Assembly: GCA_946488855.1 (NCBI GenBank)
Contig: CAMLWC010000001.1
Location: 2,688 to 66,687 of the forward strand
Direction of reading: 5' to 3'
Length of the DNA: 64,000 nucleotides
From: an uncultured Mycoplasmatota bacterium
Lineage (GTDB): Bacteria > Bacillota_I > Bacilli_A > RF39 > UBA660
Shown here: piece after piece, positions 39,969 through 49,151 of the stretch
How the letters are laid out: each line of letters starts with the position of its first letter
Position numbering within the stretch: the first letter of the stretch is position 1
Made by a program: the position numbers and the translations under genes
Notes under the pieces: generated by a model
Databases searched by the model: none
What the model saw: the letters and a program-made list of their open reading frames with translations, nothing else
Told to the model about the DNA's origin: nothing

Positions 39969-40310
39969 TTTATATTCTCCTTTCTTTATATATTAGCTTA
40001 TATCCAAGAAATAAACCGGAGAAGATTTAATTCCTAGAAATAAGTACTATTTAATAATACACTATATTTTATAAAAAGTAAATAGTTTAAGTAAATTTTT
40101 AATATATTATTTTACTATATTCTTTTTTGGAATTCTTTTTTACTATTTATAAATAATTTTAATGATACAATCTGAACTTTGGATAATCCTTTAAAAATAA
40201 TATTATACTTGTCAAAACAAATATCGTTTAAATTATCAAGGTTTGTAATAATATTTTCATAAACAACAATTCCATTTTCTACACAAAAGACTTTAATAAT
40301 ATTATTTTCT

Positions 40311-41171
40311 CTATTTAAACATTTTATAAGGTTTTAATTTGTTTCCTTCTTTTTTATATAGCCCAATTACATCATCATCTATAAATAATACATACTCTTG
40401 ATTATAAATATTATCTAATATTTGACCATTTATAACTTTAAATTTTAAATCTCTATCTACTTTAACAGTAAAATAATCTTTTAAAGCTTCTTTGATTGGT
40501 ATTATTTTATAATTATTGTTTTTAATATCTTCTAAAGTATAAGAATTTTTAATGTTAAAATTACCTTGTTCTAATCTTACTAAATTTTTCATAGTTCCAA
40601 TAGTATTTAATTTGGTAGCAATATCATTAATTAAACTTCTAATGTAAGTTCCTTTGCTAACTTTACAAGTAAATTTAAATGTTGTTTTATTATCAATATA
40701 ATTTAATTCATCTAATTTAATTTCTTTAATAGTTACCATTCTTTTAGGTAAAGTTACTTCTTCATTATTTCTAGCATATTCATATAATTTTTTACCATTT
40801 ATTTTAACAGCAGAATAAATAGGCACTTCTTGATTATATGATCCAGTAAAAGAATCTAATACTTTAATAATTTCTTCTTTTGTATAATTAGCATTACATT
40901 CTTCTAAAATATTCCCAGTTATATCTAAAGTATCCGTTTTAATACCTAAAATAACCTCTGCTTGATAAACTTTTTCTTCGCTAGTTATTATTTCACTTAA
41001 TTTAGTAGCCTTATTAATAGTTAAAACTAAAACACCAGTAGCAATAGGATCTAAAGTACCTGTATGTCCTATTTTTTTAGTTTTAAATATTTTTGATACT
41101 TCATTAACTACATCTCTACTTGTTATATCTTTTGGTTTATTAACAACTAATAATCCGCTAGTCTCTATCAT
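40311..41171 (-). CDS. truB: tRNA pseudouridine(55) synthase
   Basis: GHTGTLDPIATGVL catalytic Asp motif. Confidence 0.9.
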   Translation of the reverse strand: MIETSGLLVVNKPKDITSRDVVNEVSKIFKTKKIGHTGTLDPIATGVLVLTINKATKLSEIITSEEKVYQAEVILGIKTDTLDITGNILEECNANYTKEEIIKVLDSFTGSYNQEVPIYSAVKINGKKLYEYARNNEEVTLPKRMVTIKEIKLDELNYIDNKTTFKFTCKVSKGTYIRSLINDIATKLNTIGTMKNLVRLEQGNFNIKNSYTLEDIKNNNYKIIPIKEALKDYFTVKVDRDLKFKVINGQILDNIYNQEYVLFIDDDVIGLYKKEGNKLKPYKMFK

Positions 41172-41835
41172 TTAATATTAAAACTAATCTTAATAATTGT
41201 AATAAGTTAGAAATTAATCCTGCTACATATGTCATAGCAGCAGCAAATAAGACTTTACTTACTTGTTCATGTTCAGAGTCATCAATTAAACCTAAAGAAA
41301 TTAGTTGTTCTTTCGCTCTTTTCGAAGCATCAAACTCAACTGGTAAAGTAACCAATTGAAATAAAATAGTAACACCTAAAACTAAAATACTTATTTTTAA
41401 ATAACCAGTTAGTCCAGCAAAAATAGATATAAACAATCCAAAATAACCTAAATATGAAACTAAATTAACAAATGGAACTAAAGCAGATCTAATTCTCATA
41501 AATGTATATCCTTCTTTATCTTGAATAGCGTGACCACATTCATGAGCTGCAACACCAACAGAAGAAATAGAATCTTCGTGGAAAATTGCACTAGATAATC
41601 TTACAACTTTTCTAGTTGGATCATAGTGATCAGTTAATTCTCCTTTTGTTTCAACTACATAAACATCTTTTAATCCATTAGCATCTAATATCTTTCTTGC
41701 TACTTCTTGACCAGTTAATTTTGATTTAACTGTATATTCTTTATATTTTTTGTAATTACCTGTTACATTAAATTGTGCCCATAAAACAATTATAAAACCT
41801 AAAATTCCTAATCCATAATATATAAATAAATCCAT
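41158..41835 (-). CDS. membrane zinc metallopeptidase (Zn_peptidase_2 / YpfJ-like)
   Basis: HECGHAIQ HExxH motif, TM segments at both ends, 225 aa. Confidence 0.65.
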   Translation of the reverse strand: MDLFIYYGLGILGFIIVLWAQFNVTGNYKKYKEYTVKSKLTGQEVARKILDANGLKDVYVVETKGELTDHYDPTRKVVRLSSAIFHEDSISSVGVAAHECGHAIQDKEGYTFMRIRSALVPFVNLVSYLGYFGLFISIFAGLTGYLKISILVLGVTILFQLVTLPVEFDASKRAKEQLISLGLIDDSEHEQVSKVLFAAAMTYVAGLISNLLQLLRLVLILNDRD

Positions 41836-43226
41836 TAAATCACCTCGTATATTGTACCTTCTCTGGTATCTTTTATTTTAATATTTTTACTTTCTAATTC
41901 TTTTCTTATATTATCAGCTTTTTCATAATCTTTATTTTCTTTAGCTAATTTTCTTTCTTCAATTTTTTCATTAATATATTTTATTAATTCTTCATCTAAT
42001 TCTTTTTCATTATCTAACAAATTTAATGATAAAACTTTATCGAAATCATTAATTATTTCTAACTTAGTATTACCATTTACATCTTCTTTTAAAACATCAT
42101 ATAAACAAGTTAACATTAAAGATGTATTTAAATCATTACTAATTGCTTCTTTAAATTTTTCTTGATATTTTTTAACAATATCATTGTCAACATTTCCTTC
42201 TTCTTTAATATTTTTTATTTTATTTAATAATTTATTATATGTATTAGTTGCTTTATCCAAAGCTTCATAACTAAATACTAATTGATTTCGATAATGAGAT
42301 TGTAAGCAAAAAAATCTATAAGCTAAAGGATTATAACCTTTACTTTCTAATAAAGAAACAGTTAAAAATTCACCTTTACTTTTACTCATTTTTCCAGTAG
42401 CATCATTTAAATGTTCACCATGTAACCAATAATTACACCATTTATGCCCTAAATAAGCTTCTGATTGCGCTATTTCATTAGTATGGTGAGGAAATATATT
42501 ATCAACACCACCACAGTGAATATCTAAATGTTCACCTAAATAATTAATTGAAATTCCAGAACATTCTATATGCCAGCCTGGATATCCAACTCCCCATGGA
42601 CTATCCCATTTCATAGCTTGATTTTCAAACTTACTAATTGTAAACCACAAACCAAAATCACAAGGATTTTTTTTGTGAACATCTTCGGTAACATCTTCTC
42701 TTGCACCTATTATTAATTCATCAGGATTTTTACCAGATAATTTATAATAATCTTTTGCTTTAGAAATATCAAAATAAACATTACCATTAGATATATATGC
42801 ATATCCATTTTCTAATAATTTTTTAATCATTTTTATATACATATCAATATGGTCTGATGCTTTTTCAACTATTTTAGGTTTTCTAATATTAAGTTTTTTA
42901 GAATCTTCAAAAAATGCTTTTGTGTAGAAATCAGCTATTTCATAAACAGTTTTATTTTCTCTAATAGCTCCTTTAATCATTTTATCTTCGCCTGTATCTG
43001 CATCACTAGACATATGACCAACATCAGTTATATTCATACATCTTTTTACATTATAACCAACATATTCTAAACCTTTTTCTAATATATCTTCAAATATATA
43101 TGTTCTTAAATTTCCTATATGAGCATAATGATAAACTGTTGGTCCACATGTATATAAAGTAACTAAATCCTTATTATATGGTTTAAATTCTTCTATTTCC
43201 TTATTTAATGTATTATATAATTTCAT
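41835..43226 (-). CDS. cysS: cysteine--tRNA ligase
   Basis: HIGNLRTY (HIGH) and KMSKS motifs plus a Zn-binding Cys. Confidence 0.95.
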   Translation of the reverse strand: MKLYNTLNKEIEEFKPYNKDLVTLYTCGPTVYHYAHIGNLRTYIFEDILEKGLEYVGYNVKRCMNITDVGHMSSDADTGEDKMIKGAIRENKTVYEIADFYTKAFFEDSKKLNIRKPKIVEKASDHIDMYIKMIKKLLENGYAYISNGNVYFDISKAKDYYKLSGKNPDELIIGAREDVTEDVHKKNPCDFGLWFTISKFENQAMKWDSPWGVGYPGWHIECSGISINYLGEHLDIHCGGVDNIFPHHTNEIAQSEAYLGHKWCNYWLHGEHLNDATGKMSKSKGEFLTVSLLESKGYNPLAYRFFCLQSHYRNQLVFSYEALDKATNTYNKLLNKIKNIKEEGNVDNDIVKKYQEKFKEAISNDLNTSLMLTCLYDVLKEDVNGNTKLEIINDFDKVLSLNLLDNEKELDEELIKYINEKIEERKLAKENKDYEKADNIRKELESKNIKIKDTREGTIYEVI

Positions 43227-43284
43227 AATTAATCACCTATTTATATTATATCATAATGTACTATAAATTAAAACAAAAAACGCA

Positions 43285-44520
43285 TTATTGCGTTTTTGTT
43301 AAAGTTTTTTCAGCTTCCATTTCAGAAGTATCTTCTAAACATTTTAATGATTCATGATTTATTATAGATCCTAAATATTTAGACCCATTAACAACAGCAT
43401 CAGTTCCATCAGTTCCGTATGATAAAGTTTTTATATCAACTTTATTTTCAGCTGTAATGTATTCACTATCAGCATATACAACTGAGAACATTGGCCAATA
43501 TTGTTCAGACAATAATCCACCACCTGATGTTAAAGAATAATTAGAATATTCTGTTCCATTTGTTACTATATCATTTCTACCAGTATAGAATTCAGTAACA
43601 TATTTAAATGATTCTTGAAATTCTTCACTAGTCATTTCTTTATTTTTTAATCCATTTGCTAAATCAACAAATTCAGTATTTAATTCTTCTAAAATTGTTT
43701 TATCTTCTGAATCATAAGCTAAAGGTGCTAAAGAGATATATTGTCCTTCTTCTTGTCCTAAAGCAACATTATTGTTATGTGTACCTACTGCTGAAGTATA
43801 ATTATACATATTTTGAATTTCTTCTATCATATTTAAATCTGTATTAGCATATAACGTTTTAATATCTTCTTGATCTAAATAATCAATATTAGTTATAAAT
43901 AAAGCAGATTTAATAAATATTGGATCAATATTCAATCCTTTTGATTGGTTATCAGCTAAAATTTCTTGTGCCTTTTGTTCAATATTTTCAGCTGTTAATA
44001 ATTTATTTTCTTGTTCTATATTAGAATCGATAGTATCATCTTCATCGACAACAGAAGTTTCCATAGGTACATTATTATTTAAAGCTTTTCCAATTTTATA
44101 TCCTGCTACTAAAGAAGCTATAATTAAGCCACCAACAATTAATTTGTATTTATGTTTACCTAATACTTCTTTTGCTTTTGGATATACATTTAATTTGCTT
44201 TTGTTGCTTTTGGTAGTTTGTTTAATATTTGATTCAGAAACTTTATTTACATCATGTTTTTTATCTTCATATTCAAACGTATCGACATCTTCAAATAATT
44301 TTCTATCATATTTTTTTCTTTTTGAAACATTGCTTAAAGTTTCATAAGCTTTTCTTGCCTTTAAAAAATATTCTGCTTTTTCATCACTTAAATCAGAAAC
44401 TTTCTCTGGATTATAGTATTCATCAATTTGTTTGAATGAATCTTCAATCTCTTGTTGACTAGCTGAATCACTAACCCCTAAAATTTCATAATAATTCTTT
44501 TTTTCTTTAAATAAATTCAT
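43285..44520 (-). CDS. J-domain (DnaJ N-terminal domain) membrane protein with large extracytoplasmic domain
   Basis: YYEILGVSDSASQQEIEDSFKQ J-domain start, though the catalytic HPD tripeptide is not evident. One TM segment at about residue 130, followed by an acidic domain. Confidence 0.6.
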   Translation of the reverse strand: MNLFKEKKNYYEILGVSDSASQQEIEDSFKQIDEYYNPEKVSDLSDEKAEYFLKARKAYETLSNVSKRKKYDRKLFEDVDTFEYEDKKHDVNKVSESNIKQTTKSNKSKLNVYPKAKEVLGKHKYKLIVGGLIIASLVAGYKIGKALNNNVPMETSVVDEDDTIDSNIEQENKLLTAENIEQKAQEILADNQSKGLNIDPIFIKSALFITNIDYLDQEDIKTLYANTDLNMIEEIQNMYNYTSAVGTHNNNVALGQEEGQYISLAPLAYDSEDKTILEELNTEFVDLANGLKNKEMTSEEFQESFKYVTEFYTGRNDIVTNGTEYSNYSLTSGGGLLSEQYWPMFSVVYADSEYITAENKVDIKTLSYGTDGTDAVVNGSKYLGSIINHESLKCLEDTSEMEAEKTLTKTQ

Positions 44521-44599
44521 AATAAATTCCCCCTTCTTTTTTCATGATTAAACTATCATAAAATATAAATTTGTACTATTTCTTCAGTTGTTGCCATAT

Positions 44600-44627
44600 A
44601 TTATAACATATTTTTTTATTTTGTCAA
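44600..44627 (-). promoter_or_regulatory. consensus sigma-A promoter (TTGACA-16-TGtTATAAT), copy A of a duplicated cassette
   Basis: Minus-strand read: TTGACAaaataaaaaaatatgtTATAAT. The RBS AAGAAGGGGGAATTTAT is identical to that of copy B. Confidence 0.65.
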
Positions 44628-44662
44628 ATTAATAAATTTTTTAATTTTTTTATAAAAACATC

Positions 44663-44691
44663 TTGCATAAAACAATTAAATGTGTTATTAT
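44663..44691 (+). promoter_or_regulatory. tRNA promoter (TTGCAT-17-TGtTATTAT)
   Basis: The -35 and -10 hexamers and spacing were read directly from the sequence. Position is 20 nt upstream of the first tRNA. Confidence 0.5.
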
Positions 44692-44710
44692 GTAGAAGTA
44701 TTAGTTACAT

Positions 44711-44787
44711 GGACCCTTAGCTCAGTTGGTTAGAGCATCCGGCTCATAACCGGGCGGTCGTAGGTTCGAGTCCTACAGGGTCCACCA
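44711..44787 (+). tRNA. tRNA with CAU anticodon (elongator-type; likely tRNA-Ile2/lysidine or tRNA-Met), CCA encoded
   Basis: Cloverleaf GGACCCT/AGGGTCC acceptor, CTCATAA anticodon loop and a TTCGAGT T-loop. G1:C72 and the absence of three GC pairs in the anticodon stem argue against initiator tRNA. Confidence 0.85.
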
Positions 44788-44793
44788 TATAAT

Positions 44794-44878
44794 GCGGATG
44801 TGGCGAAATTGGCAGACGCACTAGACTTAGGATCTAGCGCCTTATGGCATGGGGGTTCAAGTCCCTTCATCCGCACCA
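44794..44878 (+). tRNA. tRNA-Leu (anticodon UAG), CCA encoded
   Basis: GCGGATG/CATCCGC acceptor, anticodon loop CTTAGGA and a long variable arm (class II). Confidence 0.85.
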
Positions 44879-44893
44879 GTAAGCTTAAAATAT

Positions 44894-44914
44894 CAACCAT
44901 AATGGTTGTTTTTT
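44894..44914 (+). terminator. rho-independent terminator after tRNA pair
   Basis: CAACC-ATAAT-GGTTG hairpin followed by T6. Confidence 0.5.
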
Positions 44915-44957
44915 CATATTTAATACTACATCAATAAATGCTAAGGAGGAATAAAAA

Positions 44958-45803
44958 ATGAATTTTATTGATTTAAATGAACAACATAACAAAATAAGAA
45001 CTAAAAAAGAATTAATTGAAATGCTAAAAATATATAAAGGAATATTAAATAAATCAATGATTAGCTATTTAACATCATTAATAAATTTAGAATTTTCAGT
45101 TATAAGAGATTATATTGAAGATAACGAAAGAATCGCTTTATCAGAATTAGAAATATATAAAAATGCAGCAATATATAATATTTGCAAGAGAACTATAAAT
45201 ATTGTTAAGCAAAAAGATTTAAAACTTTCCATAAATAATTATAATGATGGTTCAGGATTTTTAACTATATATGGATTAATTGGGAAAAAAAGCATTCAAT
45301 TATTTGATTTTAATTATAGAGAAGGTCCTATCGGTTTTGAAACTACAATTCCTAGAGGATATAAAACTATGAATATTGGAGAAATATCACTATATCAAAC
45401 GTTAGAAAATGAAGAATTAAGAAATGTTGAATTATTAAAAATAATGGGAAAATTAGAAAAATTGTATGATCAAAAAAATCCATATACATCTCGTCAAGAA
45501 GTTTGTGGTGGACCTAATTCAATTTGGGATTTTGAACGTTTTAAAAAAATTCAAGAATACGAAAGAAGGTTTAACCAATTAGATAGTAAAAAAGGACTAG
45601 ATGATGATGATAAAAAAGAAATAGAAATGACAAAAATAGTTTATGATGCATTATTAGAAGATTATGGATTAACTAATGAAAGTTTTAGTGAAGAAAAACA
45701 ATCTTTAACTTTATTATCTCGTGAATATAGTACAGAATTACAAAAAAAATTAGTAAAAAAGATGCCAAATATAAAAATTGAAAATAATATTAAATATATT
45801 TGA
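44958..45803 (+). CDS. hypothetical protein
   Basis: 281 aa with a GGAGG RBS and no recognisable motif. Confidence 0.5.
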   Translation: MNFIDLNEQHNKIRTKKELIEMLKIYKGILNKSMISYLTSLINLEFSVIRDYIEDNERIALSELEIYKNAAIYNICKRTINIVKQKDLKLSINNYNDGSGFLTIYGLIGKKSIQLFDFNYREGPIGFETTIPRGYKTMNIGEISLYQTLENEELRNVELLKIMGKLEKLYDQKNPYTSRQEVCGGPNSIWDFERFKKIQEYERRFNQLDSKKGLDDDDKKEIEMTKIVYDALLEDYGLTNESFSEEKQSLTLLSREYSTELQKKLVKKMPNIKIENNIKYI

Positions 45804-45898
45804 TTTTATAAAACAATGATATAAATTATTATTTCATTAAAAAATATTTTCAACCATTTAGGTTGTTTTTTTATAATAAAAAATCCTTATTTAAGGAT

Positions 45899-46318
45899 TT
45901 ATTTTTGTAACATTTTTAATAAGTTTATTTTAAACATATCTTTTTCTTGATTTTCTTTAGATACCATAACGCCTTTATAAGTTGTTAGTTCTGATTGATG
46001 TCCTTCTCCTAATATTCCTTCAGGAGTTATTTTATCTAACATTACAATTTTTTCATTAAAATATACAGTATAATGTAGTTTAATATCACCATGAACTTTA
46101 GAAAACATAGTATCAGTTGGTAATTTTAATTCATAATTTTTAGAATTATTTTGATCATTTGTACTTATAATTTCACCTAAAAAATTACCTTCTTTAAATG
46201 ATGGATAAAATGAAAAATATAATTTTTTATAAGCCAACATATTATATTTTTTTAAGGATCTTTCATACTTTCTAAATTCATTTTCGTTTACATATTCAAA
46301 TAAGTAACTATCTTTCAT
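45899..46318 (-). CDS. hypothetical protein
   Basis: 139 aa with a GGAGG RBS (revcomp of cctccgat) and no recognisable motif. Confidence 0.45.
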   Translation of the reverse strand: MKDSYLFEYVNENEFRKYERSLKKYNMLAYKKLYFSFYPSFKEGNFLGEIISTNDQNNSKNYELKLPTDTMFSKVHGDIKLHYTVYFNEKIVMLDKITPEGILGEGHQSELTTYKGVMVSKENQEKDMFKINLLKMLQK

Positions 46319-46398
46319 ATATCCACCTCCGATTCTCTCCTATTCTTTATTCATTTTAACATAATAATATGCAAAAGTCAAACATAAAAAGAAGAAGT

Positions 46399-47850
46399 TT
46401 ACACTTCTCTTTTTCTACCAGTTAATTCGTAACCTAAACTTAATAAATTTTGATCATTTTTGCTAGTACTCCATTTATAATAAGTACCTGCAACTGTCAA
46501 TTGTTTACGAGTTCTATATCTATAATAAGTTATATCCTTATAAACTGGAATTTTTCTTGTTTTTTCAACTTTTTTAGTAACTTCAACTGGTACTGTAGTT
46601 GTTACATCTTTATATACTGGAACATCTTCATAAACAGTAACAGTTTTAACACAATTTGAACCACTTAATTTATAACTGCTACCATATGTTGAACAAGATA
46701 ATGTTCCTGAACCACTTGTTACATATTTATAACATTTTGTATTAGCACCACTACCTTCTTTTGTATATCCAGTTGGACATGAATAAGTAGTTGTTCCTGC
46801 ATTATATTTTCTAGTATATTTTTTATATGTATAAGTAGTAACATTTTGACATACATTTGTACAATCAACTGTAGTTTTATGACTTACATATTCATATTTT
46901 ACAGTATTACTTGAAGATAAAGCGTATTTAGATGTTGTATAGCCTTGATATACCCAACTTCCATAACTTCCTGATGTAGTATTTTTAATTGCATTAGTGT
47001 ATTGTTTTTTACTTGTACTTCCACCAGTAGCAGGTTTAGTATCAATTACTTTTGTACCAACCGGTTTAGAAGTAGTACCAACTTGAACTTTAGTAGTTTG
47101 TTCACGATATTCGATAGTTGTTTCATAATCATAATAAGTTTCGGTTTTATATCCTGTTAACTCATTACGTTTATCAATTTCAACTTGTCTTAATGTATCC
47201 GCTGTAACTTTAGTTGTAGACCAATTAGACCATGGGCCCCAATTAGAATAAGTATTTTTTGTAACTAATTTATATTCATATTCATATTTCTTATTAACAA
47301 CAGGTGTTTCTGGTTCAGATGGTGTTACTGGTTTTGAAGGTGTTGTAGTTTCAGGCTTTTCTTCACATATTGCACCATCACAATAATCATAACATCCCAT
47401 ATAAACTATGATGTAGTCAGAGTAATCTGAACAAGTTAATTGAACTTTCATTTGATATTCATCACTCATTTTAGTAACTTGAACATAAGATTTGTTAATA
47501 TCACATGATTGATTATTACTATCTTTAAATGGAATAACTAATTTCTTTTCTTCCATTTCTTCTAATGTTATAGTAACGGAATCACCTATTTTTTTAGGTA
47601 ATCTTTCATTTGTAAAATATCCTTGTGCTGCATCACGCATACTTTCAACATTATCAGTAAATAATCTACCATATAATGGTTGCAATTGCATAGCAATTTC
47701 ACTTGTTAATTCTTCTTTTCCAACAAAATTTTCTTTTAAATAATTTTTAGTAGGAAATAACCAAATCATTACAAAAACAAATAAAACTACTAACATTAAT
47801 TGTAAAATAACGTCTTTGAATGAAAAATCATTTCTTCTTTCTTCGTACAT
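46399..47850 (-). CDS. membrane-anchored Thr/Tyr/Ser-rich, Cys-rich surface protein
   Basis: N-terminal signal-anchor VILQLMLVVLFVFVMIWLF. More than 20 Cys, a NWGPWSNWS Trp ladder, and repeated VPVYKDV / IPVYKDI segments. Confidence 0.6.
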   Translation of the reverse strand: MYEERRNDFSFKDVILQLMLVVLFVFVMIWLFPTKNYLKENFVGKEELTSEIAMQLQPLYGRLFTDNVESMRDAAQGYFTNERLPKKIGDSVTITLEEMEEKKLVIPFKDSNNQSCDINKSYVQVTKMSDEYQMKVQLTCSDYSDYIIVYMGCYDYCDGAICEEKPETTTPSKPVTPSEPETPVVNKKYEYEYKLVTKNTYSNWGPWSNWSTTKVTADTLRQVEIDKRNELTGYKTETYYDYETTIEYREQTTKVQVGTTSKPVGTKVIDTKPATGGSTSKKQYTNAIKNTTSGSYGSWVYQGYTTSKYALSSSNTVKYEYVSHKTTVDCTNVCQNVTTYTYKKYTRKYNAGTTTYSCPTGYTKEGSGANTKCYKYVTSGSGTLSCSTYGSSYKLSGSNCVKTVTVYEDVPVYKDVTTTVPVEVTKKVEKTRKIPVYKDITYYRYRTRKQLTVAGTYYKWSTSKNDQNLLSLGYELTGRKREV

Positions 47851-47930
47851 ATAAATTCCCCCTTCTTTTTATGGCTCATATATTACCATAAACTTATATT
47901 TTTGTCAATATTATCTCCGTTGTTGCCATT

Positions 47931-47958
47931 ATTATAGCATATTTTTTTATTTTGTCAA
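47931..47958 (-). promoter_or_regulatory. consensus sigma-A promoter (TTGACA-16-TGcTATAAT), copy B of duplicated cassette
   Basis: Minus-strand read: TTGACAaaataaaaaaatatgcTATAAT. The same RBS as copy A follows about 75 nt downstream. Confidence 0.65.
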
Positions 47959-48219
47959 ATTAATATTAACTATGGTACATCCTACATTAAACGGATGAAT
48001 TTTATATTCTAAAACATTCTTATTATTAGATAATACAATTTTAGTAGTTTCCTTTAATATTCCAGTTCCTATTCCATGAATTATAACGATAAATTTATTC
48101 TTCATTTTGATATTATCATTAATAAAATCATTAATCGCAACTCGTGCTGTTTCTCTATCAAAACCATGTAAATCTAAAGATGGTAAATTATCTATAAATA
48201 TTATATCATTTAAATTCAT
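47947..48219 (-). CDS. Smr-domain protein
   Basis: LDLHGFDRETARVAI...IIHGIGTGILK matches the Smr motif pattern. Length 90 aa. Confidence 0.7.
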   Translation of the reverse strand: MNLNDIIFIDNLPSLDLHGFDRETARVAINDFINDNIKMKNKFIVIIHGIGTGILKETTKIVLSNNKNVLEYKIHPFNVGCTIVNINLTK

Positions 48220-49093
48220 TATATACTGCTTCCATCTCTTCTTTTAAAGGAATTGAATTTCTAGTTCCTATTCTACTTACCGATATAGCCCCAGCATAAT
48301 TAGCCAATTGAAGAGCAAATTTTGGATCATATCCATTAGCTAAATAATATGTTAAAGCTCCATGAAATATGTCGCCTGCTCCTGTAGAATCAACTGATTT
48401 TAATCTGATAGATTTAATAATTTCATAATTATATAAACAGCCTTTATCTTCTAATGTTACCACAATTTCATTATTAAATATTTGTTTTAATTTTGAATAA
48501 ACATTTTTTAAAGTTTCAAAATTATTGTAGTCAATTTCCATATTAGTTACTTTTTCAGCAAATTCTTTTGAACATGCAACCCATTTAACCATTTTACATA
48601 ACTCAATTACTTCATTAGTGTCTCTTCCGGCATCAATTATACTTAAAGCAGCTGGATATTTATTTAAAATATCTTTGCTCATTTCATATTCCTGACCATC
48701 AATTAATATGACATCTGGAATAAAATTCAATTCAAATTTATTCATTTCTACTTTTTTAGGTTTATAAGCAAAAGTAGTTCTTGAACCATTCTGTTTATTA
48801 GCTAAAACAAAACTAGATGTTGTTTCGTGTCCTTCTCTTAATTCTAAGTAATCAGTATTTACATTTACTTTAGCAAATTCTTCTTTTATTTTATGACCAT
48901 AAAAATCATTTCCTACTATACCAGCAAAGTATACATCACTACCCCAACTTCCTAATAAATAAGCAGCTGTACTAGCAGGACCACCTCCACACTCAATTCT
49001 TTCTTGAACTCTATTTTTAGTATTTTCAACAGGATATTCTTCTAAAGGGAGTGTAACATCATAAGTAGCATGTCCTAAACATAATATTTTCAT
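48206..49093 (-). CDS. PfkB-family carbohydrate kinase (ribokinase-like)
   Basis: N-terminal GG motif (CGGGPAS) and the C-terminal DSTGAGDIFHGAL anion-hole motif. Confidence 0.8.
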   Translation of the reverse strand: MKILCLGHATYDVTLPLEEYPVENTKNRVQERIECGGGPASTAAYLLGSWGSDVYFAGIVGNDFYGHKIKEEFAKVNVNTDYLELREGHETTSSFVLANKQNGSRTTFAYKPKKVEMNKFELNFIPDVILIDGQEYEMSKDILNKYPAALSIIDAGRDTNEVIELCKMVKWVACSKEFAEKVTNMEIDYNNFETLKNVYSKLKQIFNNEIVVTLEDKGCLYNYEIIKSIRLKSVDSTGAGDIFHGALTYYLANGYDPKFALQLANYAGAISVSRIGTRNSIPLKEEMEAVYNEFK

Positions 49094-49151
49094 TTATATC
49101 ACCTATATTAATTTTAGCATTTTTTTTATTTAAAAACAAGAAAAAAGACAA

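Noticed and set aside
39969-40310. A 340-nt non-coding gap between truB and rpsO where ribF usually sits.
   Set aside because: No ORF or recognisable riboswitch fold was seen. It is most simply the rpsO promoter and leader, with ribF encoded elsewhere.
43227-43284. Possible T-box leader upstream of cysS.
   Set aside because: The intergenic region is only 58 nt, too short for a T-box. cysS appears co-transcribed with the upstream J-domain gene.
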